From: Camelus ferus
Taxonomy: Eukaryota
DNA length: 64,000 nt
Direction: 5' to 3'
Assembly: GCF_009834535.1 (NCBI RefSeq)
Contig: NC_045698.1
Coordinates: 5,644,001 to 5,708,000 of the forward strand
Shown: positions 1 through 12,002 of the stretch, piece by piece
Numbering within the stretch: the first letter of the stretch is position 1
How the letters are laid out: every line of letters begins with the position of its first letter
The notes under the pieces: model-generated
The model's database searches: none
What the model saw: the letters and a program-made list of their open reading frames with translations, nothing else
Told to the model about the DNA's origin: nothing
Position numbers and translations under genes: made by a program

Positions 1-32
1 ATTCTAACCCAATATTTCAGATTTATTTACTG

Positions 33-92
33 ATATATATATATACATACACACACACACACGTATACACACACACATACACACACACTCAC
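33..92. repeat. (TA)n/(CA)n compound microsatellite
   Basis: Direct reading: atatatatatatatacatacacacacacac... Confidence 0.9.
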
Positions 93-1109
93 ATAAACCT
101 CTTTCCCCTCCAGAGTTGAAATATACTTTAAAAAATTCTAAATAACTCAGAAAAAAAGTTACAGCCTTAAGCAACATTCCCAAATTCTCAGCTTCCCCTA
201 TGCTTTTCCACTGAATGCTATCGCATATAGATCTACCAGCTGCCTTGTACTAGGTTTCATGGTACACATGTATAAAAAAAATGCTTCTTAATCTGTCTCT
301 TAAGTAAGACCGTTTAAGATGTTTCCAATTTTTGCTGTGGTGTATTGCAACAAAATAATTGTATACACATCTTTGGGCACATTTATACTAAGGTAAGTGC
401 ATTTTTATGTTGGGTTAATATTTCTCTCTACCTGTTGTCCTAATGAAAATTTTTCCAATTGTGACTGCCTATGTAAAGAATCAGATCATACTTCAAGCAT
501 ATTATTTAGACTAAATATGTTTGAGTATATAGAACATACAGATTTAAGAATATTTTAGACTATACAAATTTAAGAGTATTTAATTTTTTTTATTAGTGCC
601 AAATAGCCTTCAGGTCCTAGATGCAAATTGTAATTCCTTGCTACTTGGTGAGTACTTTCAGAACCACACATTTGGACATTTTTTGTTTTCTTAAAGAAAA
701 GAAAGGAAGTATATAGTCGCCATTTCTTGGGATGACACTCTGTTGCTTGTCTTGTGCTTTTGCTATGTAAGAGGAAGGATTTAGCGCATCCATTAATTTG
801 GCTGTTCCTTTATTTCGGTGCTGCTAATGTTCAAAGCCACACTGTCCTCCAAAGCTGAGTCCATTTCTAGCCCTGCCAGCAGCACAAACCACACAACTCC
901 ATGGAATTCAGACAATGGTCCCTCTGTTTCAAGGAAATAAGGTAAGTGGAGAGGTGTTTACCTGGGGTCTGATTGATGTTGGTTGTAAAACCAGAAGCTT
1001 AGAGTCCTGTTCTTGTTGGACCAGGAAAAACTAGGAAACCTTGAGTGAAAGATGTTTATTTGGTTTTTCTTTTCTTTTTTTTTTTTTTTTAGTAATTTTT
1101 TGTTTTTAT

Positions 1110-1400
1110 AATGTGATTGAGTTTCCAGTTGTTCTAATGCCATTTATGGAAAAGACTATCCTTTCTCCATTTCATTTCTTTGCTCCTTATTTTGGGAAAG
1201 ATTAGTTGACTTTGTTTATTAGGGTCTTTATTTCTCTCTATTCTATTCCATCAATCTGTTTATTTTGTTACCAATATTCTTTTGCCAATTTTTAAATTCG
1301 TTTGTCTGTCTTGATTTATTACGGCTTTATGGTGAGTCTTAAAGTGAATCGTCTTAGTCCTCCACCGTTCTTCAATATCGTTCTTGATCTTCAGCGTCCT
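1110..1400 (-). mobile_element. Old L1 ORF2-region fragment
   Basis: gtttccagttgttctaatgccatttatggaaaagactatcctttctccat resembles the antisense L1 ORF2 motif; boundaries approximate. Confidence 0.7.
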
Positions 1401-1459
1401 GCTGGGTCGTCTTAGTCTTAAGCCTTTCTTTTCATACTGTTGGATTAATTTGTGGGGAA

Positions 1460-2340
1460 CATTTTAAAAATGAGATCACAAACATACCAACATTAGTATG
1501 GGGAAAATCGATAGAACTGTCTCCACTGAAGTTAAAATTTCTTTTCAAAGAACAGTATAAACAAAGGTAACAGATGTATTACGGGTGTAGTAACAGTATT
1601 TGCAATAGCTAAACTGACAAAGGATTAATATGGAGGGTATATGATAAGCTATTCCTGTAAGAAAAAAATATGGCAAAAATCTCTAAATAGGCAATTTACA
1701 AAAGGAAAAACCTGAAGAAATTACTAATAAGTATATGTAAAAATTCTGAGCCACCCCAGCAATCAGGGAAGTGCATATTAAAATAACTGTGAGAAACCAC
1801 TCTATACCTATAGACTGGCAAAAATTGATTCTTATTAAGTAATGGTAAGAGTGTGGGGTCTCAAAGCTTAAGCTTAGCTGCTAGGATTATGATGTCACTA
1901 ATTCAGTTATGAAAATTAAGTTGGTAGTATTTTGTAAAATTACACATGTGTATGTACTAAGACAAACATTTTTAGTATATTCATGTCCACGAAGTAGTGT
2001 GTTAGGAGAATCTTCCACGCACTGCTCATGCTTGTAGAAGCAAGGAGTTAAAACTGACCTACGCGTTCATCTTTGGAGGACGATACAAGAAACTGACATA
2101 CGCATCAGATGGAATAATATAATTTAGATAAGAAAGTAATAAATTTACATACAATAACATACATAAAACATATATAGAATTTAGTGATAAGTAAATAAGG
2201 AGTATGAGAATTAAGTCATTTATCTAAATGAAAAATAAGCATATAAAATTCTGTCCACTTTAAAGGATACATGACACTTGAACAAACATACGGAGGGCAG
2301 ACGTGGATTACAGAGCTACTGCCTGAACGTATTAGAATGC
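1460..2340 (+). mobile_element. Degraded L1M (L1ME-like) ORF2 3' end/3'UTR
   Basis: aatcagggaagtgcatattaaaataactgtgagaaaccactctatacctatagactggcaaaaatt is the typical L1 ORF2 C-terminal block; heavily diverged. Confidence 0.7.
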
Positions 2341-2609
2341 GTACCTATGGGAGGGAAAGGAGCAATTGTTTCTGACAACAGTGAATTAGGAACTTAGTAA
2401 ATTTTTCTGCTGAGTAAAATTTAAAAGAATATTTGAAGTATAAAACAGATCTCCTTATAATTTCTAAGATCTCTAAGAATTGCAAAGCCCAAGTTTAGGA
2501 GCGGACTGGAATCCAGACAAGTAAGCCTACTACTCAAATAGCTAAAGTCCTATTTATCTTGACAGTGTTTGCTTATAGAAAAGCAGGTGCAGAACTGAAC
2601 TGATTATTT

Positions 2610-2790
2610 TAATAAACTTTTATGCAAATTAATTTTAGATTTGCAGAAAAGTTACAAGAATTGTACAGAGAATTTTTGCATATTCCTCACTCGTTACCTT
2701 AAAACTATCATTTTATATAACCGTGGTGCACTGTCAAATCTAAGAAACTAACTTTAGACTTAGATTTCACCAGATTTCCATTAATGCCAC
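2610..2790 (-). mobile_element. L1MB/MC-type 3'UTR fragment
   Basis: ttttagatttgcagaaaagttacaagaattgtacagagaatt matches antisense old L1 3' end. Confidence 0.6.
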
Positions 2791-2791
2791 T

Positions 2792-2902
2792 TGTGTACAT
2801 ATGTGTAGGTGTTTATATGTATGTATGTGTGTATATGCATGTGTGTATATGCATGTGTGTATATGTATGTGTGTGTATGTGTGTGTGTATGTATGTATGT
2901 AT
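2792..2902. repeat. (TG)/(TATG) microsatellite
   Basis: Direct reading; explains the V/C/M/Y-rich ORFs at 2784 and 2801. Confidence 0.9.
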
Positions 2903-2978
2903 GGTTGGCTCAGGAGAACACCCAGCACACCTCATTACATACCTGATATTAAAAATTCCCAGATTTTAAAAAGCAGAA

Positions 2979-3290
2979 GTCGGGAGATAATTGTTCACGA
3001 GTCTCTTGCATTTCTGCATATTTTGTTAACACAGAAACCATTTGCCTTTATTCTGGGCTGTTATTTCAAGGTTGTTTGTATATTTAGAAGACTTGAAAGA
3101 TACAATATCTTCTTAAGGAACGCAGAGTAGCTTTGCTTTCTATCCAAGATAGTAATGTCTCCTTCCAGAGAAAATGTCAGGTAGACTTGCTTGCTTCTCA
3201 TTGTAAAAGACTGGGGTGCCCTAAGCACAAGGCTCTTCAGCTGTTATGCAGACCCACTAAATGAAGGACATCTCCCTACCTGCATCTAGG
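2979..3290 (+). mobile_element. ERVL LTR fragment, LTR40-like
   Basis: gggagataattgttcacgagtctcttgcatttctgca...tttcaaggttgtttgtata resembles recalled LTR40 5' end. Confidence 0.6.
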
Positions 3291-3329
3291 GAACCAAAGT
3301 TAAGGCCAAAATATATGATCAAGTTTAAC

Positions 3330-3560
3330 GTCAGATTAAATCCAGCTAAATAGACAATTGGTGAACCAAATCCAGATCAGAGGATATCAAGAATGTAGTG
3401 TAAAGAAAATGACAGAAAATTATGAAGAGATGGCAAATGATATAGAAAAGTGTGAAAATATATGTTTAATTAGAATTGTAGAAGAAATAGAAAAAGGGCA
3501 AAGGAACTATTTGAAGAGATACTAGTTGAGGATTTATTTTAAAAATTACATACAACACTA
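3330..3560 (+). mobile_element. Old L1 ORF1 fragment
   Basis: atatatgtttaattagaattgtagaagaa...aggaactatttgaagagatactagttgag resembles L1 ORF1 (NI.LIG.PE...IFEEI..E). Confidence 0.6.
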
Positions 3561-3564
3561 TACT

Positions 3565-3720
3565 GTTTATCAAATTGTGTGTAGCAAGCCACCCCCTAAC
3601 TTAATGACTTAAAATTACAACCATTTTATTACTTCTCATTTTATTACTTCTCAGGCTCAGTGGTTCTCCTCTTCCATAATGTCCCTGGTCTATAGTTACT
3701 TGGGGGCTTGATTATGCAGA
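3565..3720 (-). mobile_element. MaLR (MLT1-type) LTR fragment
   Basis: tgtgtagcaagccaccccctaacttaatgacttaaaattacaaccattttattacttctca is the typical antisense MLT1 3' end. Confidence 0.55.
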
Positions 3721-3777
3721 TAATACCAAGAGACGAGGGAAGCTTCAAATGATGAAAAATCCAATTTGCATGAAATA

Positions 3778-3986
3778 CAGTTGACCTTTGAATGACTTTG
3801 GAGGTTTGGGACACCAACCCCTGACTGTCAAAAATCCACATAGAACCTTACAGTGGGCCCTCTGTATCTGTGGTTCTGCATCTGTGGATTTAACCAATTG
3901 AAGATTGTGTAGTACATTTTATTGAAAAAAATCCGTATATAAGTGGATCCACACCATTCAAACCCACGTTGTTCAAGGGTCAACTG
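3778..3986. mobile_element. TcMar-Tigger non-autonomous DNA transposon (MER8/Tigger2a-like)
   Basis: Terminal inverted repeats cagttgacctttgaa ... ttcaagggtcaactg; TA on both sides (3776-3777, 3987-3988). Confidence 0.88.
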
Positions 3987-3989
3987 TAC

Positions 3990-4450
3990 ATAACAATTAT
4001 GAATGTGTATGTATCTAATAGCATGAACTTTGAATAAACAAAACTACATGGAGAAATAGATAATTCCATAATCATAGTGAAATATTTTAAGATATATTTC
4101 TCAGTAAGCAACAGAGCAAACAGATGAAAAGTCAAGATACAAAAGATTTGATCAACATGATTAACAAAACGGTCTTAATGGAAATCTGTAGAATGTTGTA
4201 CTCAACATTTATACACATGGTTTTCCATAGCACATGAGATTTATACAGAAAGAAGCCACATATTTGGCCATAAATTGTCACAACAAATTTCAGAGAAGTT
4301 CTTTATACAGAATATATTTTCTGATCTTGATTCAATTAGGAGTGAAATGAGAGAACAGATGGGGAATAAAGGGCAGAAATACAATACAATGCAATAAAAA
4401 GATACACCTTAGGAAATTTGTATGTATTGGTGATGATAGTTTGTTATGAA
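3990..4450 (+). mobile_element. Old L1 ORF2 endonuclease-region fragment
   Basis: taacaattatgaatgtgtatgtatctaat...ggagaaatagataattccataatcatagtg resembles L1 EN (ITI.NVYAPN...GEID..TIIVGD), disrupted. Confidence 0.7.
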
Positions 4451-4572
4451 TTAAAGAGAATAATCAAGTAAATTTTAACATGAAGCCCATGAAAAAACTG
4501 CAGAAGCAAGAGCGTTACAGAGGGATTGCATATGCAAAAGCCTGACACAGAAATAATGCTGACGCTTTAGAA

Positions 4573-4775
4573 CAGGAGCGAGCACACTTTTCCTGTAAAG
4601 CTCCAGGCAGTAAACATTTTAGGCTTTGTGGGCCACGTGGTCTGCATCACAACCACTCGGCTCAGTCACAGTAGAGTGAAAACAGACACAGACAGTGTGG
4701 AAGCAAATGTGCGTGGCTGTGTCCCAGCAAAACGTTATTCATAAAAACAGGCTGTAGGCTGACTTAGCACTCCTC
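4573..4775. mobile_element. hAT-Charlie MER58A-like
   Basis: ttttcctgtaaag...cagtaaacattttaggctttgtgggccac...cgtggctgtgtccc...ttattcataaaaacaggc matches recalled MER58A. Confidence 0.8.
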
Positions 4776-4813
4776 AGCAGCACCCAGATCACGTGGGGCC
4801 TGGTAGGTCTCAC

Positions 4814-5452
4814 TGATGCAGGAAAACAGATGTGGGCGTGAGGAGGGCTGAGTCCCAGGTCTCGGTTGAGCTCCTGGGACGTGCCCCACCAGGTGTGGGT
4901 CCTTGGCTTCATGCAGGAAAGAATTCAAGTGTGAGCCACTGTTGGGTAAAGGTAGATTTATTTAGAGAGATACACTCTGCATAGAGGGTAAGGCCAGAGA
5001 GAGGCAAGGAAAGAGGTGTGGGAATCGGGTGCTCAGGTTAAAGTAAAAGTAGGTACACACTCCACTGACAGAGTGCGGGCCGTCTCCAAAGGGGAGAGAG
5101 AGCGCAAAGGGCCACTAGGCGTGGTGTCGTCCCTTTTTAGGGTCTCAGTAGCTTCACACGCCTACAGGTGGGATCAATCCAACTGCCTTGGGGAAGGGGC
5201 TGGGATTCCCAAGGGTTGGGCCACTTGCCCATTTTTTGGCCTTTTGCGGTTAGCCTTGGGGCTGTCATGGCGCCTGCGGGCGTGTTATTTGATCCCGCTG
5301 TTACAATGAGCATATGATGAAGCTCCAGGTCTCCTAGAAGTTAAACCTCTTAATCCTTAAGGCCAAGTAGGAGGTGAATCTTCCACCATTTTGGTGTTAA
5401 ATTGCTGTCATTCCTTGAGTGGCTGTGCCCTGCCCCCTTCCCTCCTGTCTCA
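4814..5452 (-). mobile_element. ERV1 solo LTR, MER41-like lineage family
   Basis: TG...CA termini; exact 4-bp TSD tcac (4810-4813, 5453-5456); antisense poly(A) signal tttatt; homologous to 46492-47113. Confidence 0.88.
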
Positions 5453-5621
5453 TCACTGAAGTGTTTTTATTTTATTATCTGTTCAATGTAAAGTCATTTA
5501 AGTGCCATCATCTGACCTTGATCTTAAAAAAACAAAAACAAAAAGCAAGCTCCATAACTCTTCATTCTCTGTGGAGATCAGACAGAACACTGCGGAAACC
5601 CAGAGTCGGTAAGGGTTTAGA

Positions 5622-5803
5622 CCAGCAGTTGGTAAACTATGGTCCACAGACCAAACTCAGCTAAGTTCTGTTTCTGTGTGACTAGAAACTTAAGAATGGC
5701 TTTTACATTTTTAAATTGTAAAAAAGAAAACACTCTGCAGCATGGATCACATTTGACCCTCAAAATCTAAAGACCTTTAAAGATAAATGTTTGTGGACAC
5801 CTG
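5622..5803. mobile_element. hAT-Charlie MER58B-like fragment
   Basis: ggtaaactatggtccacagaccaaa...cttaagaatggcttttacatttttaaa matches recalled MER58B. Confidence 0.65.
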
Positions 5804-5857
5804 GCAGTGCAGAAGGTATTTTGCAAGAAGAGATGAGGAGACTCAAAACTACACCTG

Positions 5858-6119
5858 CTGTTTCCGTTTTGTAGATGAGTTCACAGTGTCTTTTTTTTTT
5901 TTTAGATTCCACATATGAGTGATATCATATATATAAAAATAGATTTTAAAAGTTTCTTTTGTATAGCACAGGGAACTATGTTCAATACCTTGTAACAAGC
6001 TTTAATAGAAAAAAATATGAAAAAGAATATATGTATTTATATGCATGACTGGAACATTGTGCTGTACACCAGAAATTGACACATTGTAACTTCAATTAAA
6101 AAAAAAAAGAAAAGAAAGG
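5858..6119 (+). mobile_element. Lineage L1 3' end with 5' inversion
   Basis: 5858-~5929 is antisense L1 3'UTR; ~5930-6119 is sense (tatagcacagggaactatgttcaatacc...) ending in an A-rich tail. Confidence 0.85.
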
Positions 6120-6269
6120 AAAATACATTGGCTGTTTAGAGATGAAAGAAAGGGGAGAGCCAGGAATGACTTCTAGTTTTCTTTCTTTTCTGCTTTATAG
6201 CATCTTGTAAGACGTAGCTCACCACTGGGGTTATCTCTGCCAGTCTTGTGGCTTTCAATACCTTCCTTA

Positions 6270-6720
6270 CTCTGTTAACTCCTAAATGTATGTCTCCAAT
6301 CTGGACCTCTTTCCTGAATTCCAGACTTATGTCTTCACGTTCCTACTCATCGGCTACACTTGGATCTCAATGTTAAGAAGCTTGAAATGCACATTCTTGA
6401 TTCCCCCCCAGGCCTTTTTCTTCTCAGAGTTTCCCGCACCTCAATAAATGATATCTCTCTTTCCTTTGCTTTCCCCCAAATCTGTGGCATGAGCTTGACT
6501 TGTCCACATCTGGTCTATAAGCATCCCTGTTGCTGCTACTCCAAAGCATTTACGTAAGTTACTACTTCTCAGCACCTCTGTCACTGTACCTCTATCCAAG
6601 TCAGCATTTACTGCTCCCTAGATTAATGCAGAAGCTTCCTCATTGATATTCCTGCTTCTTTCCTTGTACTCTTTACCCCAAATTCTATTCTTAGCACAGC
6701 AACCAGATTGTCCTGTTAAG
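6270..6720 (+). mobile_element. L2 LINE fragment
   Basis: aaatgtatgtctccaatctggacctctttcctgaattccagact...cacttggat is the L2 RT C-terminal region. Confidence 0.75.
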
Positions 6721-7033
6721 TCATAATGCAGGATACTGACAGGGAAAAACAACGTTGGACAACATGAACAACAAAGGACCTAAATTGCCAGGAATGATGG
6801 TTTACTATGAAGCTGTAGTAATTCAGGCAAATAGACCAACAGAACAGACTAGAGGGTCCAGAAATAACCCACTCATGTAAGGTCATGTGACTTCTGACAT
6901 TACTTTGCAGGTAGGTAAAGATGGTATTTTGAAAAATACAGATTTGAGATAATTGGTGATCCACATGGATATAAAAATTATTGATGATCTAGCTAAGATA
7001 ATGAACACAAATTCTATTTCAGATGTATTATAG

Positions 7034-8218
7034 TGTGGGAGCCCAGGATTGGGTTAACAAATTGTAGCAGACCCCAGCCTCTTGTCTCCTTTAAGAAGAA
7101 CAAATGTGCTTAGTAACTGCTTTGCAAGCACACGCCTGTGTGTCCGTCTGCCCACCTGTCTCCTTGCCGTAAAAAGCAGAGACAATGCCTTGCTTGCATA
7201 GTTGAGGTTTTAGGTAGCACTCTGCTCGTTGCAAAGCAACGACCCAGGCCCTCAGCTATTAACACTGGGCTTGATTGCTGTTAGATAGTCTTTTATCCCC
7301 AAAACAAGGAACTGGCTGGTCTGGTGGTCTGCTTTGTAATTAACATACATAAAGAATGTATCTTGACGTGCACCCCAATGTTCATAGCAGCATTATTTAC
7401 AATAGCCAAGACATGGAAACAGCCTAAATGTCCATCAACAGATGACTGGATAAAGAAGATGTGGTATATTTATACAATGGAATACTATTCAGCCATAAAA
7501 ACTGACAACATAACGCCATTTGCAGCAACATGGATGCTCCTGGAGAATGTCATTCCAAGGGAAGTAAGCCAAAAGAAGAAAGAAAAATACCATATGAGAT
7601 CACTCATATGTGGAATCTAAAAACAAACAAACAAACAAAGCATAAATACAAAACAGAAATAGACTCATAGACATAGAATACAAACTTGTGGTTGCCAAGG
7701 GGGCTGGGGGTGGGAAGAGATAGACTGGGATTTCAAAATTGTAGACTAGATAAACAAGATTATACTGTATAGCACAGGGAAATATATACAAGATCTTATG
7801 GTAGCTCACAGAGAAAAAAATGTGATGATGAATATATATATGTTCATGTATAATTGAAAAATTGTGCTCTACACTGGAATTTGACACAACATTGTAAAAT
7901 GATTATAAATCAATAAAAAATGTTAAAAAAAAATAAAGAATGTATCTTGTTCCCCTCTCCCCATGACTTCCCTAAAGATAAATTAAGCCTTTGTACTCAT
8001 TGTGATTCTACAATCTCGATCCCATCCTGTCTTTCCCTAAATTCCTGCATTCCATCACACAACTGTTAAAGATTTTTCCTTTGATTATACACAATAAATG
8101 TGGGAGCATTTGAGAGGCTCATGGAGTTGGTCCCTGACTCCCTCTCACTCTCTTGACTTTCCAGAGTCTCGAGTAATTCATTCCGCTTCGGTGGGACGTC
8201 TGCCGATCAGAACCCACA
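7034..8218 (+). mobile_element. Solo LTR with 6-bp TSD (ERV2/ERVK-like), split by an L1 insertion
   Basis: TGTGGG...CCCACA inverted termini; exact TSD ttatag (7028-7033, 8219-8224); aataaa near 8093. Confidence 0.85.
7366..7932 (+). mobile_element. Young 5'-truncated lineage L1 (ORF2 C-terminus + 3'UTR + A tail)
   Basis: Translates [44 protein letters not shown]; exact 17-bp TSD ataaagaatgtatcttg (7349-7365, 7933-7949). Confidence 0.95.
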
Positions 8219-9499
8219 TTATAGCCTTGATAAAGAAAGGTGAAGCCATAAATTTTTAGAAGAAAACATAGATACTCACCTGCGAAACACTGAGGTAGGC
8301 AAAAGTTTCTTAGAGGAAACACATGCAGATAAAAATACTAACCAATAATACAGGAAAAAAGAGAAAAATTGGACTGTGTCAAATTTGTGAACTGATCCTC
8401 ATCAAAAGACATCATTTAGAGCGTATAAGGAAGATAGAAACTGGGAGGAGCTAGTTTCTTGCATGAGTTTGAAAAAGGGCTCAGGTGTAGGATTTCACAA
8501 ATCAAAAAGGAGAAGACAGAAGACGCTAGAAAAATAAGCAAAAGACTCAAACAGACACTTCACAAAAGAGAATGTGCAGAGGGCCAATAGACACGTGAAA
8601 AGATGTTCGTCAGGAAAAACAGAATAAAAGAACCCCACCGGAATAAGTAAAATAAAAAAGACAGATACTATCTAGTGCCGGTAAGGTACAGAGCAAGTGG
8701 AACTCTTGTAGATTGTTAGTAGATGTGTAAATTGGTACAAATACATTGACAGTTTTGGAACATTGATGGCATCTGCTACCACTGATCAAATGCATAATTA
8801 ACCTGCCATGATGCGGCCATCCCACTGCTAGGAGTTCTATATTCCAGGGGAAATGAGTAAGTGTATTCAACAAAAGACATGCTAGAACTCAGAGTGGCAC
8901 TATTCTTAAAAGCCAAGTGTGATACAAGCTGAAGTCTCCATCTGCAATGGAATAGACATTTAAATTGTGGTACATTCATATCATTGAACAGTGTATAGAA
9001 CAAGAGTGGACAGACTGGCACCACACCTGTAATAGCACGTACAAACCTCAAAAACCAAATGCTGAATGGAAGAAGTTGAGTGAAAAATAGTAGATACAAT
9101 TGGATTCTGTTTTGTAAACTTGAGAAAACTTAAAAAAACAGGCAAGTGAATCTGGGGTTAGAAATCAGGGTAAGGGTTACGCGTTGGAGTCAGTGGTATT
9201 GACTGGAGAGAAATAAGTGGGTGCTGATAATATTCTGTTTCTTCAGCTGGTGGAGGCTATAAAAGTGTTGTTCATTATGTGAAAATTCAGCATGTTCTGC
9301 TACATTGATTATATTGGAATCTTGCAATTGACGCATTTAATAATTCAATACAAGGTTAACTAAATTGACAAAAAGTAAATCAAGGACTTCCACCTCTAGA
9401 TGGAGCTGCAGGGACCAGATTGACTTTCTTACCTGGCTGACTCAGACACCAGAGTGGACACTCATTCTCGTATCCTTTCAGAGCAGGTACTGCTCCCTG

Positions 9500-9800
9500 A
9501 CGCCTACCAGGGGCTGTTCTGAGTGTGCAGGAGAGAGTGAACGGAACTCACCAGGTCCCTCGTCTTTAGGCGCTTTCACTAGAGTGGATGGATAGAGTGA
9601 ATAAACGGAATCAGTGAACTGTCTGACAGCGCTCCGTGCCATCTGTGATTTAGGATGTCAGTTAGAACGGCCAGGGAAGGCTTCTCCTTGGGGAACACGT
9701 TTGTGCTGAGGAATATTGGTGAGAAAGATGTAAACACAAGAAAACAACGGGTAGAGAGAGGTACCTGGGCCCCAAGGAAAGGCTGCAGACAGGCTGGAGG
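9500..9800 (-). mobile_element. Degraded L2 3' fragment
   Basis: gggctgttctgagtgtgcaggagaga...ggtccctcgtc...agggaaggcttctc layout of the antisense L2 3' end. Confidence 0.5.
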
Positions 9801-11288
9801 CTCAGACTGGTTTCTGAGATGGCCCCTCCTCTGTCAGCCTGATGAGGTCAAGCCCAGTTTGCCCTTCGTGCCGCCCGTACTTACGTTCCTACAATTCCTG
9901 ATTCCATTCAGGATGTGAAAGTTGTCCTCTCTTTTTAATGGTAGAAGGTGGAACTTGAGTTGAACTCCTGAAGTTTTTCTTTCTTTTTTTTTATGTTAAT
10001 GATCAGAAGTGGCAGTTTAGAGACTGGATGTTTTAAATTTTTTTTTGTCATATGTAAATTATTTTTCATGCTGGTGTGAAGCCTCTAGTTGTTAAACCCT
10101 CTGTAAATTAGTCTGAAAACCATGGACTTCTGTATCAGTCACAACCATGGCTAATTAACTCCTCACTAATGTTCTCAACAGAAGCTGTGAAATTACGAGT
10201 CTTGGGAGACTCAGCAAGCAGCTGTGTTGTGCGGCGCTATCGCTTTGTATTTTTTCTCTCTGTCTCTGTCAGGCTGATGGCAGCTCAGGCAGCACCTGTT
10301 AGAAAACAGGAGACGCCCGGGGCTTCGTCTGGGCTGGTCTGGAGGCAGGCCCCCCGCCCTCCCGCTGGGGACGCTCTGGGGACGTGTTGGGACCAACAAG
10401 CTCCTGAGCAGATGCTCAGTGTCAGAGATGATCGGAGTGGAAATCACTGATAAATCAGGGAGAGGAACTCGTGCTTCCCAGCGCTCTGACTTTAATGTTC
10501 TGTACGGAACCACTGCCGCGTGCTGCGTTTCCAATTAAACAAAAGGAAAACCTCCCTCAAACACCCAATGCAACACCTTTTCTGGAGTGGCCTGTGTTCT
10601 CCAGACGGTTCCTGAGCAAGGTCCGCAGACATGGAAGCACAGCTTCGAGGAAGAAGAAAAATACCTTAAAGCCGTTGCCATAGACTTTCCTTCCTTCCCG
10701 CTGGAACCGTGACCCCAACAAACTGAATCGATTCGGGTGACTTTTGTGTTCTTTGTTCTCAAGTGAGCGCACCTCCTTTGTGTTGCTTACCAAACCGGGC
10801 TCTGACAACAGAAAGAAAAGGTAGCAATGGGAAACAGGGAAGCTTTTTCTCATATGTGGTGTTTCCCCAGCACTAGCAACAGACGATGAGTTTAAAGAAA
10901 AGTACAGTATGGCTGTGGGAAAGGGTCTGTCAAAAACACAGGATAAGGACTTTGCAACCTCCCCAAAGCAATGGCACGAAAGTGATTTGATTGCAACACA
11001 GACTCAATTCCCAAGGTCAATAATTTCATTTTCCATCATTGCATGGAATTGCCATCTGAAGGATTCACAGAAAAATTAAAAGCCCCCCATGGAATCACTA
11101 ACAAAACTTTTTCTTGCCTAAAGACCAGAAAAACATGAAATTCCCAGCCCCCTTTACAACGGCCTCTTCCAGTAATGACTTACTCAAAGCCTGTCCAAGA
11201 CGGCTTAATATGATGGATACAGAGGAGAGTGACATCTGGTCAACTCACTGTGCAGAAGCAAAAGGCTGGCTGAACTCCATGACATCTT

Positions 11289-12002
11289 TTTCTTTAATTT
11301 TTAAAATTTTTATTGAAGTATAGTCACTTTACAGTGTTGTGTTAATTTCTGGTGTACAGCACAGTGATGTACATAAATACATATATAAAACTGAATCACT
11401 GTTCATGTTCTTTTTCATTATAGGCCACCACAGGGTATTGAATATAGTTCCCTGTGCTGTACAGCAGGACCTTGCTGTTCATCTATTTTACATATAGTAC
11501 TTGGTATCTGCAAATCCCAGACTCCCAGTTTATCCCCCCACTCCCCCAACCCCCTCTGGTAACCACAATTTTGTATGGAGGTTCCTTAAAAAGCTAAAAA
11601 CAGACTTACCATAGGATCTAGCAATCTCACTCCCGGGCATATATCTGGAGGAAATTCTAATTAAAGATACATGCACCCCTATGTTCATAACAGCAGTATT
11701 TACAATAGCCAAAACATGGAAGCAACTTACAAGTCCATTGACAGGTGACTAACTAAAGAAATTGTGGTGTATTTATACAATGGAATCCTACTCAGCCATA
11801 AAAAAGAACAAAATAATGCCATTTGCAGCAACATAGATGGACCTGGAGATCGTCATTCTAAGTGAAGTAAGTGAAGAGTGAGAAAGAGAAAGAGAAATGC
11901 CACATGGTATCACTTACACGTGGGATCTAAAACAAACAGACAAATGAACTTTTTTACAAAACAGAAACAGACTCGCAGACACAGAAAACAAAATTGTGGT
12001 TG
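11289..12002 (-). mobile_element. Lineage L1, minus strand, with 5' inversion
   Basis: T-rich tail at left; antisense 3'UTR to ~11573, then sense ORF2 end/3'UTR to 12002; exact 12-bp TSD ccatgacatctt (11277-11288, 12003-12014). Confidence 0.92.

Larger units (their letters stand above)
6740..9360 (+). mobile_element. Old L1M (ORF2 3' part and 3'UTR), interrupted at 7034-8218
   Basis: gagggtccagaaataacccactc, caaacagacacttcacaaaagag, aaattgtggtacattcata motifs in L1 order on both sides of the LTR. Confidence 0.8.

Noticed and set aside
871..947. Possible 71-nt exon ending at a consensus AAG/GTAAGT donor
   Set aside because: Isolated splice motifs occur by chance; no recognisable peptide or partner exons
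2784..3130. ORFs of 61 and 109 aa
   Set aside because: Read-through of a TG/TATG microsatellite and an LTR fragment
7324..7620. 98-aa ORF with a strong protein-like motif (also 42594-42776)
   Set aside because: C-terminal remnant of L1 ORF2p in 5'-truncated copies, not a host gene
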